DNA of 64,000 nucleotides from Escherichia coli (GTDB lineage Bacteria; Pseudomonadota; Gammaproteobacteria; Enterobacterales; Enterobacteriaceae): NCBI RefSeq assembly GCF_013122565.1, contig NZ_CP053258.1; one strand, 5' to 3'. Shown piece by piece: positions 30,996 to 41,692 of this stretch (position 1 is its first letter; each line of letters starts with the position of its first letter). The notes under the pieces were generated by a model. It saw only the letters and a program-made list of their open reading frames with translations, ran no database searches and was not told where the DNA came from. The position numbers and the translations under genes were made by a program.

Positions 30996-31679
30996 GTGAG
31001 AATAATAACAGCATTACTGATGTCATTTTTTATTTTACCGGTTCATGCCGGTGTGGTCATCTATGGTACGCGCATTATTTATCCTGAACAAAACAGAGAA
31101 GTTCTCGTACAGTTAATGAATCAAAGTAAAAATGCCTCTTTAATTCAGGCATGGATCGATGATGGGAACACCACTATCGCGCCAGAAAAAATTCAGGTCC
31201 CATTTATTCTCACACCGCCAGTAAGTCGTGTAGCAGGTGGTTCCGGCCAACAACTTAAAATAAGAAAAATGCCAAACAATTTGCCTCATAATAAAGAAAG
31301 CTTATTTTATCTAAATGTTCTGGATATCCCTCCAAACAACCCACAAAATGCAGGAAAAAACAAAATTAAGCTTGCATTGCAAAACCGTATAAAATTACTT
31401 TGGCGTCCAAGCGGAATCGCTCCAGTAGATAAAAAAAGCTTTTCTCAATTAAATATCAAAAAGAAAAATAACGCCATCTCAATAAACAACGAAACAGCCA
31501 ACTGGATAACGATTACAACTATCAAAGCACAAAACGTGAAAGTTAATAATGAAAGTATCTTACTACCTCCATTTTCGAACAACGACATTACATTAAAAAA
31601 TAACCACGCATCAGAATATGAACTAACGGTAGTTGATGATTACGGGAATAACATCCATAGTAACATCGCCGCAAGATAA
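30996..31679 (+). CDS. Periplasmic fimbrial chaperone (PapD/FimC family)
   Basis: 227-aa ORF with GTG start and GGAG Shine-Dalgarno; signal peptide; chaperone-typical GTRIIYP...QAWIDDG motifs. Confidence 0.88.
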   Translation: MRIITALLMSFFILPVHAGVVIYGTRIIYPEQNREVLVQLMNQSKNASLIQAWIDDGNTTIAPEKIQVPFILTPPVSRVAGGSGQQLKIRKMPNNLPHNKESLFYLNVLDIPPNNPQNAGKNKIKLALQNRIKLLWRPSGIAPVDKKSFSQLNIKKKNNAISINNETANWITITTIKAQNVKVNNESILLPPFSNNDITLKNNHASEYELTVVDDYGNNIHSNIAAR

Positions 31680-31691
31680 CAGGAAAAAGTC

Positions 31692-34142
31692 ATGTTAAGG
31701 ACGACACGATGGGTCGCTGCTATTATTTTTTTGTATTCTTTTCCGGGTTATGCTGAAGAAACTTTTGATACGCACTTTATGATTGGCGGCATGAGAGGAG
31801 AAAAAGTTTCCGAATATCGTTTCGATAATAAACAACCGCTTCCAGGAAACTACGAACTTGATTTTTATGTAAATCACCAGTGGCGTGGAAAAAAAGATTT
31901 CACGATCCCAGAGTCACCAGCCAAACCATGTCTGCCTAAGGTGCTGCTAACCACACTGGGGGTAAAGACCGATAACCTCAATACAGAAGATAATTGTATT
32001 TCACTGGATGAAGCGGTTCATGGTGGACAATATCAGTGGGATATCAGTGAACACCGACTAAATTTAACAGTACCACAGGCGTATATCAATGAACTTGAAA
32101 GAGGCTACGTTCCCCCAGAAAGTTGGGATCGCGGCATTGATGCTTTTTATACCTCCTATAATTTAAGTCAGTATCGCTCTTATGACAGCAATAATAACAG
32201 TAATACAGCCAGTTATGGCCGGTTTAACAGCGGATTAAATTTATTTAGTTGGCAGTTACACTCTGATGCCAGTTATAGCAAACCTGATGATATGAAAGGC
32301 AAATGGCAAAGTAATACTCTTTACCTGGAACGTGGCTGGTCGCAGATATTAAGCACAGTTCAGATAGGAGAAAATTACACATCCTCATTCATATTCGACT
32401 CTCTGCGATTTAGCGGAATACGCTTATTTCGCGATATGCAGATGCTACCTGATTCTATGCAAAGCTTTACACCTTTAGTACAAGGTGTTGCGCAAAGTAA
32501 TGCCTTGATAACGGTTTCGCAAAATGGCTATACCATTTACCAAAAAGAGGTTCCCCCGGGACCATTTACTATCGCAGATTTGCAACTTTCGGGCAGCGGC
32601 TCTGATCTCGATGTCAGCATAAAGGAAGCAGATGGTAGTGTTCGTTCCTTTTTGGTGCCCTACTCTTCCGTGCCCAATATGCTGCAACCTGGTGTTTCAA
32701 ATTTCGATTTTATCGCCGGACGCAGTAAGATATATGGTGTAAAGAATCAGGAGGACTTTCTCGAGGCAAATTATATATATGGCCTCAACAATCTTTTGAC
32801 ACTTTATGGCGGTACGATTTTATCCGATAACTATAATGCTATAACTCTGGGAAATGGTTGGAATACACCGCTGGGTGCCATCTCTTTTGACGCTACCCGA
32901 TCGAGTAGTAAGTTAAATAATGATACCAGACACGAAGGTACGAGCTATCAGGTTGCCTATAATAAATATCTATTGCAAACGGCTACTCACTTTAGCGTGG
33001 CCGCCTGGCGTTATGCTTCGCAGGATTACAGGACATTCAGCGACCATCTTTACGAAAATGATAAAATAAATCTTCAGAGTGACTATGACGATTTTTATGA
33101 TATTGGCAGAAAAAATAGCCTTTCTGCCAATATCATGCAACCTTTATCCAATAATCTGGGAAATGTATCATTAAGTGCGCTTTGGCGGAATTACTGGGGG
33201 CGAAGTGGAAATGCTAAAGATTACCAATTCAGTTATTCCAATAGCTGGCAACGCATCAGTTATACTTTCTCTGCCAGCCAATCCTATGATGAAAACGACA
33301 AAGAAGAGGAGCGTTTTAATCTGTTTATCTCCATTCCTTTCTACTGGGGGGATGATATTGCCAAAACACGTCACCAAATTAACTTATCGAATTCGACCTC
33401 ATTTTCCAAAGATGGCTATTCCTCCAACAATACTGGAATTACTGGCATAGCCGGTGAACATGATCAGTTAAATTATGGTATATATGTTAATCAGCAACAA
33501 CAAAATAATGATACATCGCTTGGTACGAATTTAAGTTGGAGAACTCCCATCGCCACAATAGATGGCAGCTATAGCCATTCTAAAAACGCCTGGCAAAGTG
33601 GTGGAAGTATTAGTAGTGGATTAGTTGTCTGGCCCGGTGGTATAAATATAACTAACCAGTTATCCGATACATTTGCAATTCTGGATGCGCCTGGGTTAGA
33701 AGGCGCGCATATTAATGGACAAAAATACAACCGAACAAACAGCAAAGGCCAAGTTGTTTACGACCTGATGATACCTCATCGTGAAAACCATCTGGTACTT
33801 GATATAGCAAACAGTGAAAGTGAAACAGAATTGCAGGGCAATCGTCAAATTATTGCGCCTTACCGTGGAGCAGTTTCTTATGTGCAGTTTACAACTGACC
33901 AACGTAAGCCCTGGTATATACAGGCACTGCGTCCCGATGGTTCGCCATTAACCTTTGGCTATGACGTACTGGATCTCCAGGAAAACAATATTGGAGTCGT
34001 TGGTCAGGGTAGTCGCCTTTTTATTCGCGTAGATGAAATTCCCACTGGCATAAAAGTTGCTCTCAATGATGAACAGAACTTATTCTGTACTATTACTTTT
34101 CAACACGTTATCGATGAAAACAAAACATATATATGCCAGTAA
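31692..34142 (+). CDS. Outer-membrane fimbrial usher (FimD/PapC family)
   Basis: 816-aa ORF with Shine-Dalgarno; size and position between chaperone and adhesin typical of ushers. Confidence 0.9.
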   Translation: MLRTTRWVAAIIFLYSFPGYAEETFDTHFMIGGMRGEKVSEYRFDNKQPLPGNYELDFYVNHQWRGKKDFTIPESPAKPCLPKVLLTTLGVKTDNLNTEDNCISLDEAVHGGQYQWDISEHRLNLTVPQAYINELERGYVPPESWDRGIDAFYTSYNLSQYRSYDSNNNSNTASYGRFNSGLNLFSWQLHSDASYSKPDDMKGKWQSNTLYLERGWSQILSTVQIGENYTSSFIFDSLRFSGIRLFRDMQMLPDSMQSFTPLVQGVAQSNALITVSQNGYTIYQKEVPPGPFTIADLQLSGSGSDLDVSIKEADGSVRSFLVPYSSVPNMLQPGVSNFDFIAGRSKIYGVKNQEDFLEANYIYGLNNLLTLYGGTILSDNYNAITLGNGWNTPLGAISFDATRSSSKLNNDTRHEGTSYQVAYNKYLLQTATHFSVAAWRYASQDYRTFSDHLYENDKINLQSDYDDFYDIGRKNSLSANIMQPLSNNLGNVSLSALWRNYWGRSGNAKDYQFSYSNSWQRISYTFSASQSYDENDKEEERFNLFISIPFYWGDDIAKTRHQINLSNSTSFSKDGYSSNNTGITGIAGEHDQLNYGIYVNQQQQNNDTSLGTNLSWRTPIATIDGSYSHSKNAWQSGGSISSGLVVWPGGINITNQLSDTFAILDAPGLEGAHINGQKYNRTNSKGQVVYDLMIPHRENHLVLDIANSESETELQGNRQIIAPYRGAVSYVQFTTDQRKPWYIQALRPDGSPLTFGYDVLDLQENNIGVVGQGSRLFIRVDEIPTGIKVALNDEQNLFCTITFQHVIDENKTYICQ

Positions 34143-34154
34143 AAGGAGTTTACT

Positions 34155-35114
34155 ATGAAGTGGCTTTTATTAATCACCTTGAGTCTATATTCTTTTATTG
34201 TGCAAAGTGCTCCCTGTGCATTGACCAATGTCGGTGAACAACGTGGAACATATATACTCAAGCCACTAAGTATGAAAGGTAATCTAACCGCCGAAAAAAT
34301 TGAAAACACCGGGAATATCATTGAGTGTGCAGACTTGCAAGAGACGACCAACGCCATTAAAGTTCATTTCTTAACACAGAACGCTTTAAGGTTTAAAGTC
34401 GGAAGTCGTCATTATATTATTAATTTCCCATTTGAATCTGACGGTAAAAAAATAGAGCTTCCAGGGAAGGCATCTTATAATTTAGAAGAGATGCTATCTG
34501 CGATAAATTTTACCATTCCATATTCTATCGCATCTGTACAAGATAGTTCTAACACCGCAGACATTTTTCCAGGAACTCCTTTTCCTTTGTTGTTCGAAAT
34601 TGAAGTGAGTTCATGTACAGGGAATAATACTAATTGTAATAGTGTCCGTTTTCATTTTAATTTAAATACAATTTTACAGGTAAATTTAATGACCTGTGGT
34701 TTTGAAGATCAATCCATCGACACTGGCCGATTTATACTGTCTCGTATCAATAATGAAAATTATCAGTTTCATCATATAAGATTTGACTGCATCCAGGGCG
34801 AGCAAGGTGAATTAGTTTTTGAACCCAGTGACGTTGAATATTACTTCGAACCAGTGACGATACAGGAGTCAGGAACCAGCATATTAAAAAATGAGTTAGA
34901 AAACAGTGAGGACGGTGCGGGGCAAGTAGGCTTTCAACTCTCCTATGATGGTACGAATGAAATCCAGTATGGTAAAAGCAATTACTACTCTTTTCAGCAT
35001 CCCCATGAAGGAAGTAATCAGATTCCTCTATTTATTCGCCCGCGTACATATGGAAACAATGTATCAAGCGGGCAAATAATGAGCCGAGTCAAAATCGTGG
35101 TAATGTACAACTAA
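34155..35114 (+). CDS. Fimbrial tip adhesin / minor subunit
   Basis: 319-aa ORF with AAGGAG Shine-Dalgarno and signal peptide; two-domain size; C-terminal beta-strand (VKIVVMYN) typical of pilin domains. Confidence 0.7.
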   Translation: MKWLLLITLSLYSFIVQSAPCALTNVGEQRGTYILKPLSMKGNLTAEKIENTGNIIECADLQETTNAIKVHFLTQNALRFKVGSRHYIINFPFESDGKKIELPGKASYNLEEMLSAINFTIPYSIASVQDSSNTADIFPGTPFPLLFEIEVSSCTGNNTNCNSVRFHFNLNTILQVNLMTCGFEDQSIDTGRFILSRINNENYQFHHIRFDCIQGEQGELVFEPSDVEYYFEPVTIQESGTSILKNELENSEDGAGQVGFQLSYDGTNEIQYGKSNYYSFQHPHEGSNQIPLFIRPRTYGNNVSSGQIMSRVKIVVMYN

Positions 35115-35151
35115 TCTTTCTCCCCCACCTTAACTTTGGGGGAGCTGCCGA

Positions 35152-36057
35152 TTAACGTGCCACTGGACTAAAAAGCGCAGAATAATCTGTATTGCAGATT
35201 CGCTGTACCGCCGGGTGCTGAATCATCCGCTCAGCAAAAATAGCATGGTACTCTTCCATCACATTCTCGACGCGGCCAATTTCTACGACAGTTTTATCGG
35301 CATAAAAGTCATATGCATAAAGCGTTGGAGCAACGAAGATTGCATTGTGCATCGCACCAAAAGCTTTCATCAACGCGGCATCATCAAACTCACCAAGGAT
35401 TTCTACGTTTAATCCCTGGGAGTTAAACCAGTTAAGCAATTTGCGCCCTAACATTGAACGTCGCCCAGGAATCAAAAGCCGCCGTTCTTCCAGACAAGCC
35501 GGGAACGGTTTTTCCGGTGGTGGATTTGTACACCAGAAACTCACGCCACATTCGCCAATTCTCACGGAGAACAGACCTTCCTGCTGCGTAGAATCTATCG
35601 GACAGTCGGAAATGATCATATCCAGTTTATGCTGACTTAATTGCTCCAGCAGCATTTCGTGGGTGGATTCGAAGCAGCGAAGATGAATCGGCTCGCCTTC
35701 TACCACTGCGGCGTTAAGTACGCTACTGACCAGGCGTTTGGAAAGTGCATCAGCCACGCCAACGTCAAACAATAAATTGGATTCTTTGCGATAGTTCACG
35801 ATATCCAGCATTTCCTGGCTTAAGGTGAACATTTTATCGGCATAGCGATAGACCAGCTCTCCCAGCTCGCTGGGTTCGAGGCCACGTCCCTTGCGCTTAA
35901 ATAATTTGCCTTGCAGGCGCTCTTCCAGAGCCCGGATCTGTCCGGTAATGGTTTGTGGTGTTAAATAAAGCGCCTCCGCTGCGCCAACCACGGAACCTTC
36001 TTTATAAACATGCCAGAAGTAATACAGGTGGTTGTAATTGATATGAGACATGCTCAT
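35152..36057 (-). CDS. nhaR: LysR-family transcriptional activator NhaR
   Basis: ORF track 35152..36075; start trimmed to give 301 aa ([17 protein letters not shown]...); LysR helix-turn-helix N-terminus. Confidence 0.93.
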   Translation of the reverse strand: MSMSHINYNHLYYFWHVYKEGSVVGAAEALYLTPQTITGQIRALEERLQGKLFKRKGRGLEPSELGELVYRYADKMFTLSQEMLDIVNYRKESNLLFDVGVADALSKRLVSSVLNAAVVEGEPIHLRCFESTHEMLLEQLSQHKLDMIISDCPIDSTQQEGLFSVRIGECGVSFWCTNPPPEKPFPACLEERRLLIPGRRSMLGRKLLNWFNSQGLNVEILGEFDDAALMKAFGAMHNAIFVAPTLYAYDFYADKTVVEIGRVENVMEEYHAIFAERMIQHPAVQRICNTDYSALFSPVAR

Positions 36058-36116
36058 TTCTCTCCCTGATAACAATGAAAAGGGAGCCGTTTATGGCTCC
36101 CCGGTAAACCGTCCTG

Positions 36117-37283
36117 TCACACTGATGGACGCAAACGAACGCGTAACCAGCTGTATCCAATTACCGCCGAAGAGATAGAACCGACCAGGATACCGAGTTT
36201 CGCCCAGTTAATCAGTTCTGGATCTACGCTACCAAAGGCCAGGCTGGCAATAAAGATAGACATAGTAAAACCGATACCGCACAGGATCCCCACCGCCATA
36301 ATTTGCTGATAAGTCGTTCCCTCAGGCAGATGCGCCAGTTTCAAACGCAGCGCCAACCAGCAGAACAGACTAATCCCCAGCGGTTTGCCAATCAGCAAGC
36401 CAGCGATGATCCCCAATGGCAGAATGGAGGTCAAGCCATCCAGCGTGACGCCTTGCAGTGAAACGCCAGCATTAGCAAATGCAAACAGTGGTAAAATCAG
36501 ATACGCCACCCACGGGTGCAACACATGCTCCAGTCGCTTCGCTGGAGAACGCCCATGCTTCTCTTTCAAAGGAATAAAGAAGCCGACAATTACCCCCGCC
36601 AGGGTTGCGTGAACCCCCGATTTCAACACTGCAGTCCACAACACTACGCCAACCAGAATATAGACGCCCGTGCGGCGTACACCACACAGATTCAATACCG
36701 CGAGTACCGCAATTGCTACAGCCGCGACGCCAAGAGAGGCCATCGATAAGTCATTAGTGTAGAACAATGCGATGATAATGATGGCCCCAAGATCGTCGAT
36801 AATAGCCAGAGCCATCAAAAAGATCTTCAGCGCTAACGGAACACGACTTCCCAATAGCGCCAGCACACCAAGTGCAAAGGCAATGTCAGTCGCCGCCGGG
36901 ATCGCCCACCCTTCGCGGGTAATCGGATCGGCATAGTTAAAGGCCAGATAGAGTAATGCCGGCACAATCATCCCACCAATAGCGGCGATAACTGGAAATG
37001 CAGCCTGGCGTAAGCTGGCTAGCGATCCTTGCATCAGTTCACGTTTAACTTCCAGACCGACTAACAGGAAAAATACCGCCATCAGCGCGTCATTTATCCA
37101 TAACAGCATGTTTTTGTTGATTTCGAGTGAACCAACCCGGAGCTGAACCGGCGTCTCCAGAAAGTCGTGATACCATCCACTGGTTGCGCCACTGTTGGCC
37201 ATAATCATCGCCAGGATAGCGGCAATGATAAGAATAATGCCTCCCGAGGCATCACTGCTAAAGAATCGATGCAGATGTTTCAC
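36117..37283 (-). CDS. nhaA: Na+/H+ antiporter NhaA
   Basis: 388-aa polytopic membrane protein ([22 protein letters not shown]...). Confidence 0.95.
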   Translation of the reverse strand: MKHLHRFFSSDASGGIILIIAAILAMIMANSGATSGWYHDFLETPVQLRVGSLEINKNMLLWINDALMAVFFLLVGLEVKRELMQGSLASLRQAAFPVIAAIGGMIVPALLYLAFNYADPITREGWAIPAATDIAFALGVLALLGSRVPLALKIFLMALAIIDDLGAIIIIALFYTNDLSMASLGVAAVAIAVLAVLNLCGVRRTGVYILVGVVLWTAVLKSGVHATLAGVIVGFFIPLKEKHGRSPAKRLEHVLHPWVAYLILPLFAFANAGVSLQGVTLDGLTSILPLGIIAGLLIGKPLGISLFCWLALRLKLAHLPEGTTYQQIMAVGILCGIGFTMSIFIASLAFGSVDPELINWAKLGILVGSISSAVIGYSWLRVRLRPSV

Positions 37284-37534
37284 TTTTTATTTCTCTTTCA
37301 GGTGAATAGATCGTTTTTCCTATCTTACCCCGCACGAATCATCGTTAAAATCAGATTATAGTGTAGGAATAATTCGTTTTTTACGAACCATTGAAGGAAT
37401 TGTGCCATCAGCGATGAGATGAGTTTTTGACGGCTGTAAGCGCTAACGGGTGACCCTAAGCCCTGATAATCATAGCTTAAGGTGAGGATTTCTGAGGGAT
37501 TAATTAGGAAAAGTAATAATAAAATCGCACTGTG

Positions 37535-38815
37535 CTATAGCTGTTTATTCCAGAGATGCTTGAAAATATCTAATGTGGAGACAACATTGGCAGGCGACAT
37601 TCGGTTTAATGAGGATAGAAAGGGATGAGACTCCAGGAAGTTGATAAAACGAGTCGCGCTTGCTAACGTCGAATACCGCAATTCATTTGCTTTCTTGTTT
37701 CCTGTAAGGTTACAAACAGCCATTGAATAATCACGGGCGGAAAATGCACGCCAAACATTATTTCTCACGCCACCACTCAAAAACAACCGCGGCGGCGTAT
37801 CATAATGAGTCGTTTTCTCGCCGCGTTCTTTCACAAAGGAAATATGGCACCGGCCTTGATGAATATGCTGTAAATTAGCCATTAGACAACCGCCTAATAT
37901 AAAGCACTCGTGATCAAGGTAGTGTTGAATATTTATAGAATATGCTTCAGTCAGTACTCTAACCAGTTCAAAATGGCGATACGCCGGAAGAACCGGTTTC
38001 ACCAGCATCCCCGGATCGTTTTGATGTAATATCGCCCGACCATAATCAATATCAAATAAAGTATCACGTCGCATAGTAAGTAACTCCTTGCGTTGTACGT
38101 GATGCGCCAGTGTACCTGGAGACAAACGCTCTTCATAACTTGATGCATATTGATAATGCGACTCTACCGCTGATGGAGAATAATTTGTTGAAATAGCGAC
38201 GACTCTACCGCTTTGTTCTTCTGCGGTAACAAGGCTATAAAGATAGTTATTACTACCGTTAAACTTTACGCGAAAAGCGCGGGTAGATAGAGAAATATCA
38301 GAAGCAGAAGAGTATTGGTAACTTTCTTTATAGTTTACTTCCCGGGCTAGTTTCATCAATTCACGGTTAAGCCCTGTGCTATTAAGAAGTAATAATTTAC
38401 GGATATCAGCAAGTGAAGCGCCTTGCTCAATCATCAATGCTAAATGTGTTCTTCGCGGCGTTGTATTTACATGATCCAGAGTTATAAAAGTTCTGGAACA
38501 ATGATGACAATACATTCTCCTCTGCCCCTGAGCTGAATAGCCATACTTTTTCATAGATGTGCTTCCGCAAGCTGGACATTGTGAAACCAACCCTCGCCAT
38601 GAATGATTAACACGATTACGATAAATATTAAGAGATCGTTCAGATATCACAGGAAACAAGTACCCGCATTCCCGACATAAAATATTTTTGCCTTGTACAA
38701 TATAATCCTGACTATTCAACAACCCCAAGTTTCTACATCCTGGTGTTTTGCAACAATCAACATTTACGTTGGTAAACATATCCACTTCCTGCGAATATCC
38801 GGATATTATCGTCAT
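37535..38815 (-). CDS. Hypothetical protein with tandem N-terminal zinc-ribbon motifs (transposase-like zinc ribbon)
   Basis: 426-aa ORF with ATG start; two Cys clusters (CCKTPGC...CRECGY and CPACGS...YCHHCSRTF); the second resembles the IS1 InsA / IS1595-type transposase zinc ribbon (recalled). Confidence 0.65.
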   Translation of the reverse strand: MTIISGYSQEVDMFTNVNVDCCKTPGCRNLGLLNSQDYIVQGKNILCRECGYLFPVISERSLNIYRNRVNHSWRGLVSQCPACGSTSMKKYGYSAQGQRRMYCHHCSRTFITLDHVNTTPRRTHLALMIEQGASLADIRKLLLLNSTGLNRELMKLAREVNYKESYQYSSASDISLSTRAFRVKFNGSNNYLYSLVTAEEQSGRVVAISTNYSPSAVESHYQYASSYEERLSPGTLAHHVQRKELLTMRRDTLFDIDYGRAILHQNDPGMLVKPVLPAYRHFELVRVLTEAYSINIQHYLDHECFILGGCLMANLQHIHQGRCHISFVKERGEKTTHYDTPPRLFLSGGVRNNVWRAFSARDYSMAVCNLTGNKKANELRYSTLASATRFINFLESHPFLSSLNRMSPANVVSTLDIFKHLWNKQL

Positions 38816-38908
38816 ATGTCAAAGAAAAGAACCTGATTCAATGTGTAACATTGAATCAGGCGGGCATAGCCCTGAAAGGCATACATTACATTTATTATGG
38901 TTACCAGG

Positions 38909-40402
38909 TTAGCCCCAGGTTACCGCTTCCGGTTTATCACCTCTGGCTTTCATTAATGAATCATTATCTATATCGGTTTTATATTTTAAGAACTTACCAT
39001 ACATTTGTTTTTCAATGTCTGGTTTTTTACCTATCTGGTTAATGGTCTCAAAACGATCGGTTTTGAGGTTATATAGATACTTGGGCTTATTGTTACGATC
39101 GATGATCATTTTCCAGTCACCATCACGTATCGCCCATTCGTCGGTTGGATCATCCTGGAATGGCATGTCAATTCCGAATATTAATGGCTTTTCACGTTTT
39201 AGCGCTTTGTTCTCAAGGACAGGAACCAACGATTCGCCATCAAAAGTGCGGTCTGTCGGTAATTTGAAGTTCATCATTTTCGCCAGCGTAGGCATCCAGT
39301 CCAGCCCATAAACTGGTGTATCTGAAACCATTCCCTTTGGAAGATGTTTACCGTATTTAATAATTGCCGGAACACGGATGCCGCCTTCCCAAAGATTATC
39401 CTTGCGACCACGTAATCCATCAGTTTCCCCTGCCAAATTCAGTTCATAAACTTTGCGCGCTTCACGCGTTACTGGTCCGTTATCACTGGTAAAAATAACA
39501 ATGGTGTTATCTTCTTCACCCATCGCTTTGATTTTATCCAGCACTTTTCCAACCTGAGCATCCAGATAACTGATGTTGGCATAATATTCTCCTGGACCAC
39601 GCCAGGGTTTATCCGCCCAGTCGCCATAAAATAAATCAGGATGCTGCTTCTGATATTCGCTCATATATTGTGAGTACATGTCGAGGTATTTTTTGGGCGA
39701 AGCCAGGGGACTGTGCACTTCGGTAAAAGCGACATAAAGGAAGAAAGGCTTACTGTCCTTTTTGTTATCCAACCAGTTGACGACTTCCGAACTGACATAC
39801 TCACCACTCATTTTATCGGAACGTGGTGTGGGTTGCCCGTTACGCAACCAGCCCGTTGGATAGACCATGCCAAAACGGGGACGCTCCTTCGCATTATCCA
39901 GAGTAGCGTCGGTAACAAAACCCGCCGTATTAACCAGTGAGTAATCAAAGCCCATATCTTTTGCCTGCGGCTGATCGGTGCGATCGCCGCCTGCATTCAG
40001 ATGCAGCTTACCCATCATGGCCGTGTCGTACCCTTGCGCTTTGAGTAGATTAGCAATCGTGAGTTCATTACGCCCTAATGCCACATCTTTTCCCGTTGGG
40101 ATCCATGAGCGTATGCCGGTACGAAATGGCATCCGCCCTGTTAATAGTCCCGCCCGTGAAGGAGAACTTAAGGGGGCAGGTGCATAATAGTCAGTAAATT
40201 TGACGCCTTCCTGGGCAAGCCTGTCTATATTGGGCGTTTTAACGATCTGATGTCCATATGTTGCCAAATCACCATAGCCTAAATCATCCGCCATAATGAT
40301 GACTAAATTGGGTTGTTTAGTTTCGGCGGCTACGGCTGGATTAAAAGCATTCCCTGTCCAAACTGCAAGGCCGATCAAACTGGCCATTAATGTTTTCTGC
40401 AT
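38909..40402 (-). CDS. Periplasmic Ser-type sulfatase
   Basis: ORF track 38909..40438; start trimmed to the ATG at 40402 with AAGGA Shine-Dalgarno; signal peptide; sulfatase core (LVIIMADDLGYGDL) and SSPSR in the formylglycine motif position. Confidence 0.85.
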   Translation of the reverse strand: MQKTLMASLIGLAVWTGNAFNPAVAAETKQPNLVIIMADDLGYGDLATYGHQIVKTPNIDRLAQEGVKFTDYYAPAPLSSPSRAGLLTGRMPFRTGIRSWIPTGKDVALGRNELTIANLLKAQGYDTAMMGKLHLNAGGDRTDQPQAKDMGFDYSLVNTAGFVTDATLDNAKERPRFGMVYPTGWLRNGQPTPRSDKMSGEYVSSEVVNWLDNKKDSKPFFLYVAFTEVHSPLASPKKYLDMYSQYMSEYQKQHPDLFYGDWADKPWRGPGEYYANISYLDAQVGKVLDKIKAMGEEDNTIVIFTSDNGPVTREARKVYELNLAGETDGLRGRKDNLWEGGIRVPAIIKYGKHLPKGMVSDTPVYGLDWMPTLAKMMNFKLPTDRTFDGESLVPVLENKALKREKPLIFGIDMPFQDDPTDEWAIRDGDWKMIIDRNNKPKYLYNLKTDRFETINQIGKKPDIEKQMYGKFLKYKTDIDNDSLMKARGDKPEAVTWG

Positions 40403-40421
40403 AATTATTCCTTGATGAAAA

Positions 40422-41183
40422 TTAGAAATCATAACCAAGCATATAAATCATTTGATCGCCAAAACCATCGTAGCCTAACTTATTATCGAAATAACGCCAC
40501 GTCACACTGGCTTTCCAGCGAGGATAGAACTTCCAGGCAACTGTTAAACCGCCATTTAACCCATTCCGACCAAATTGTTGTTCCGCATAGGCATCATTTC
40601 TGTCCAGTTCTATTTCATTCCAGTTAGATAAAACAAATTTTTCGTCAAATAACGTAAAAGGTAATACTGCTGTCCAACCAACAACATAACCATTCCAGCC
40701 ATTTGTTTGACCATATTTGGCTGAGACGTAGTCTCCAGATTGATTATGTAATCCTATATACGGTTTAAAAAATCCCCACGAACCATTCCAGCCGAGGTAG
40801 CCCAAACCATAAAACATATCAAGATCGTCACCCCATGAGTTATCCCATTGACCATAAATCTTGCCAAAGAAAGTCATATCGGAGTCAAAGAGTCTGACAT
40901 GAGTCATAGCAGAAACGGTATGATTACGCCCCGCTACGGCATGGTTAAGCACATTGCTTTCATAAAATGAGTAAAACTCGGCTTCTTTAAAATTCACACC
41001 AAAGTCCGCAGTCACTTTCCATACTTCACCACGGTGAGTGTTAACGAAGCCACTATTCCAGTCAGCATAACCAGCATTTATTGAGCCAAAGGAACCTTTA
41101 TATTCTAATGAAGAATATGCAGGAAGATGATAGATAATCGTTGTCAGGGCACACGCAATAAGAAGCCGTCTTTTGGCAGACAT
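40422..41183 (-). CDS. Outer-membrane beta-barrel protein, Tsx/OmpK-like channel candidate
   Basis: 253-aa ORF with signal peptide; Gly/Tyr/Trp/Asn-rich; C-terminal aromatic (…GYDF); stop lies 20 nt upstream of the sulfatase start. Confidence 0.65.
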   Translation of the reverse strand: MSAKRRLLIACALTTIIYHLPAYSSLEYKGSFGSINAGYADWNSGFVNTHRGEVWKVTADFGVNFKEAEFYSFYESNVLNHAVAGRNHTVSAMTHVRLFDSDMTFFGKIYGQWDNSWGDDLDMFYGLGYLGWNGSWGFFKPYIGLHNQSGDYVSAKYGQTNGWNGYVVGWTAVLPFTLFDEKFVLSNWNEIELDRNDAYAEQQFGRNGLNGGLTVAWKFYPRWKASVTWRYFDNKLGYDGFGDQMIYMLGYDF

Positions 41184-41692
41184 ATAATATGCTCTCCATT
41201 CATTGTTTTTATGTTTCCATAGAAATCAATACATCAGATAATTCATTTTGATTAAGAACGACCCAGAAAGTATATTTAAAGGTGAATGGCAAAGCGTGAT
41301 GAAGATCGCAGATTACTTTTACACCCGGGTGTGGAGGTATCGTGTTTCAAAAAGTGTGTCTATTTTAAATATCACTCATTGATTTATAGACATTTTTTCC
41401 TTATAAAAAAACACTAAATTCTGTACAAGAATATTTTGTATCTTCTATTACTTTCTCCAGTAATAACTCACCTTTCAGGTATAACTTAAATCTACTTGTT
41501 CATAATCTCAATTTTTGTAAATGAAAAGGCACATAAGAGTTAAAATAAATAATGAATTAAACATTAATTACGCAAAAATGCGAGGCGTCTTCAGGATTAG
41601 AATCGATAAAACAGAATGGGTTAAAGAGAGCGATATAATAGCGGCGGGTGCTTGAGGCTGTCTGTCTCAGGCATTAGCTGAACGGCAGATAG

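Noticed and set aside
37535-38815. Calling the zinc-ribbon gene an insertion sequence
   Set aside because: Only the N-terminal zinc ribbon looks transposase-like; no DDE motif, terminal inverted repeats or target-site duplication could be identified by eye, so it is reported as a CDS rather than a mobile element.
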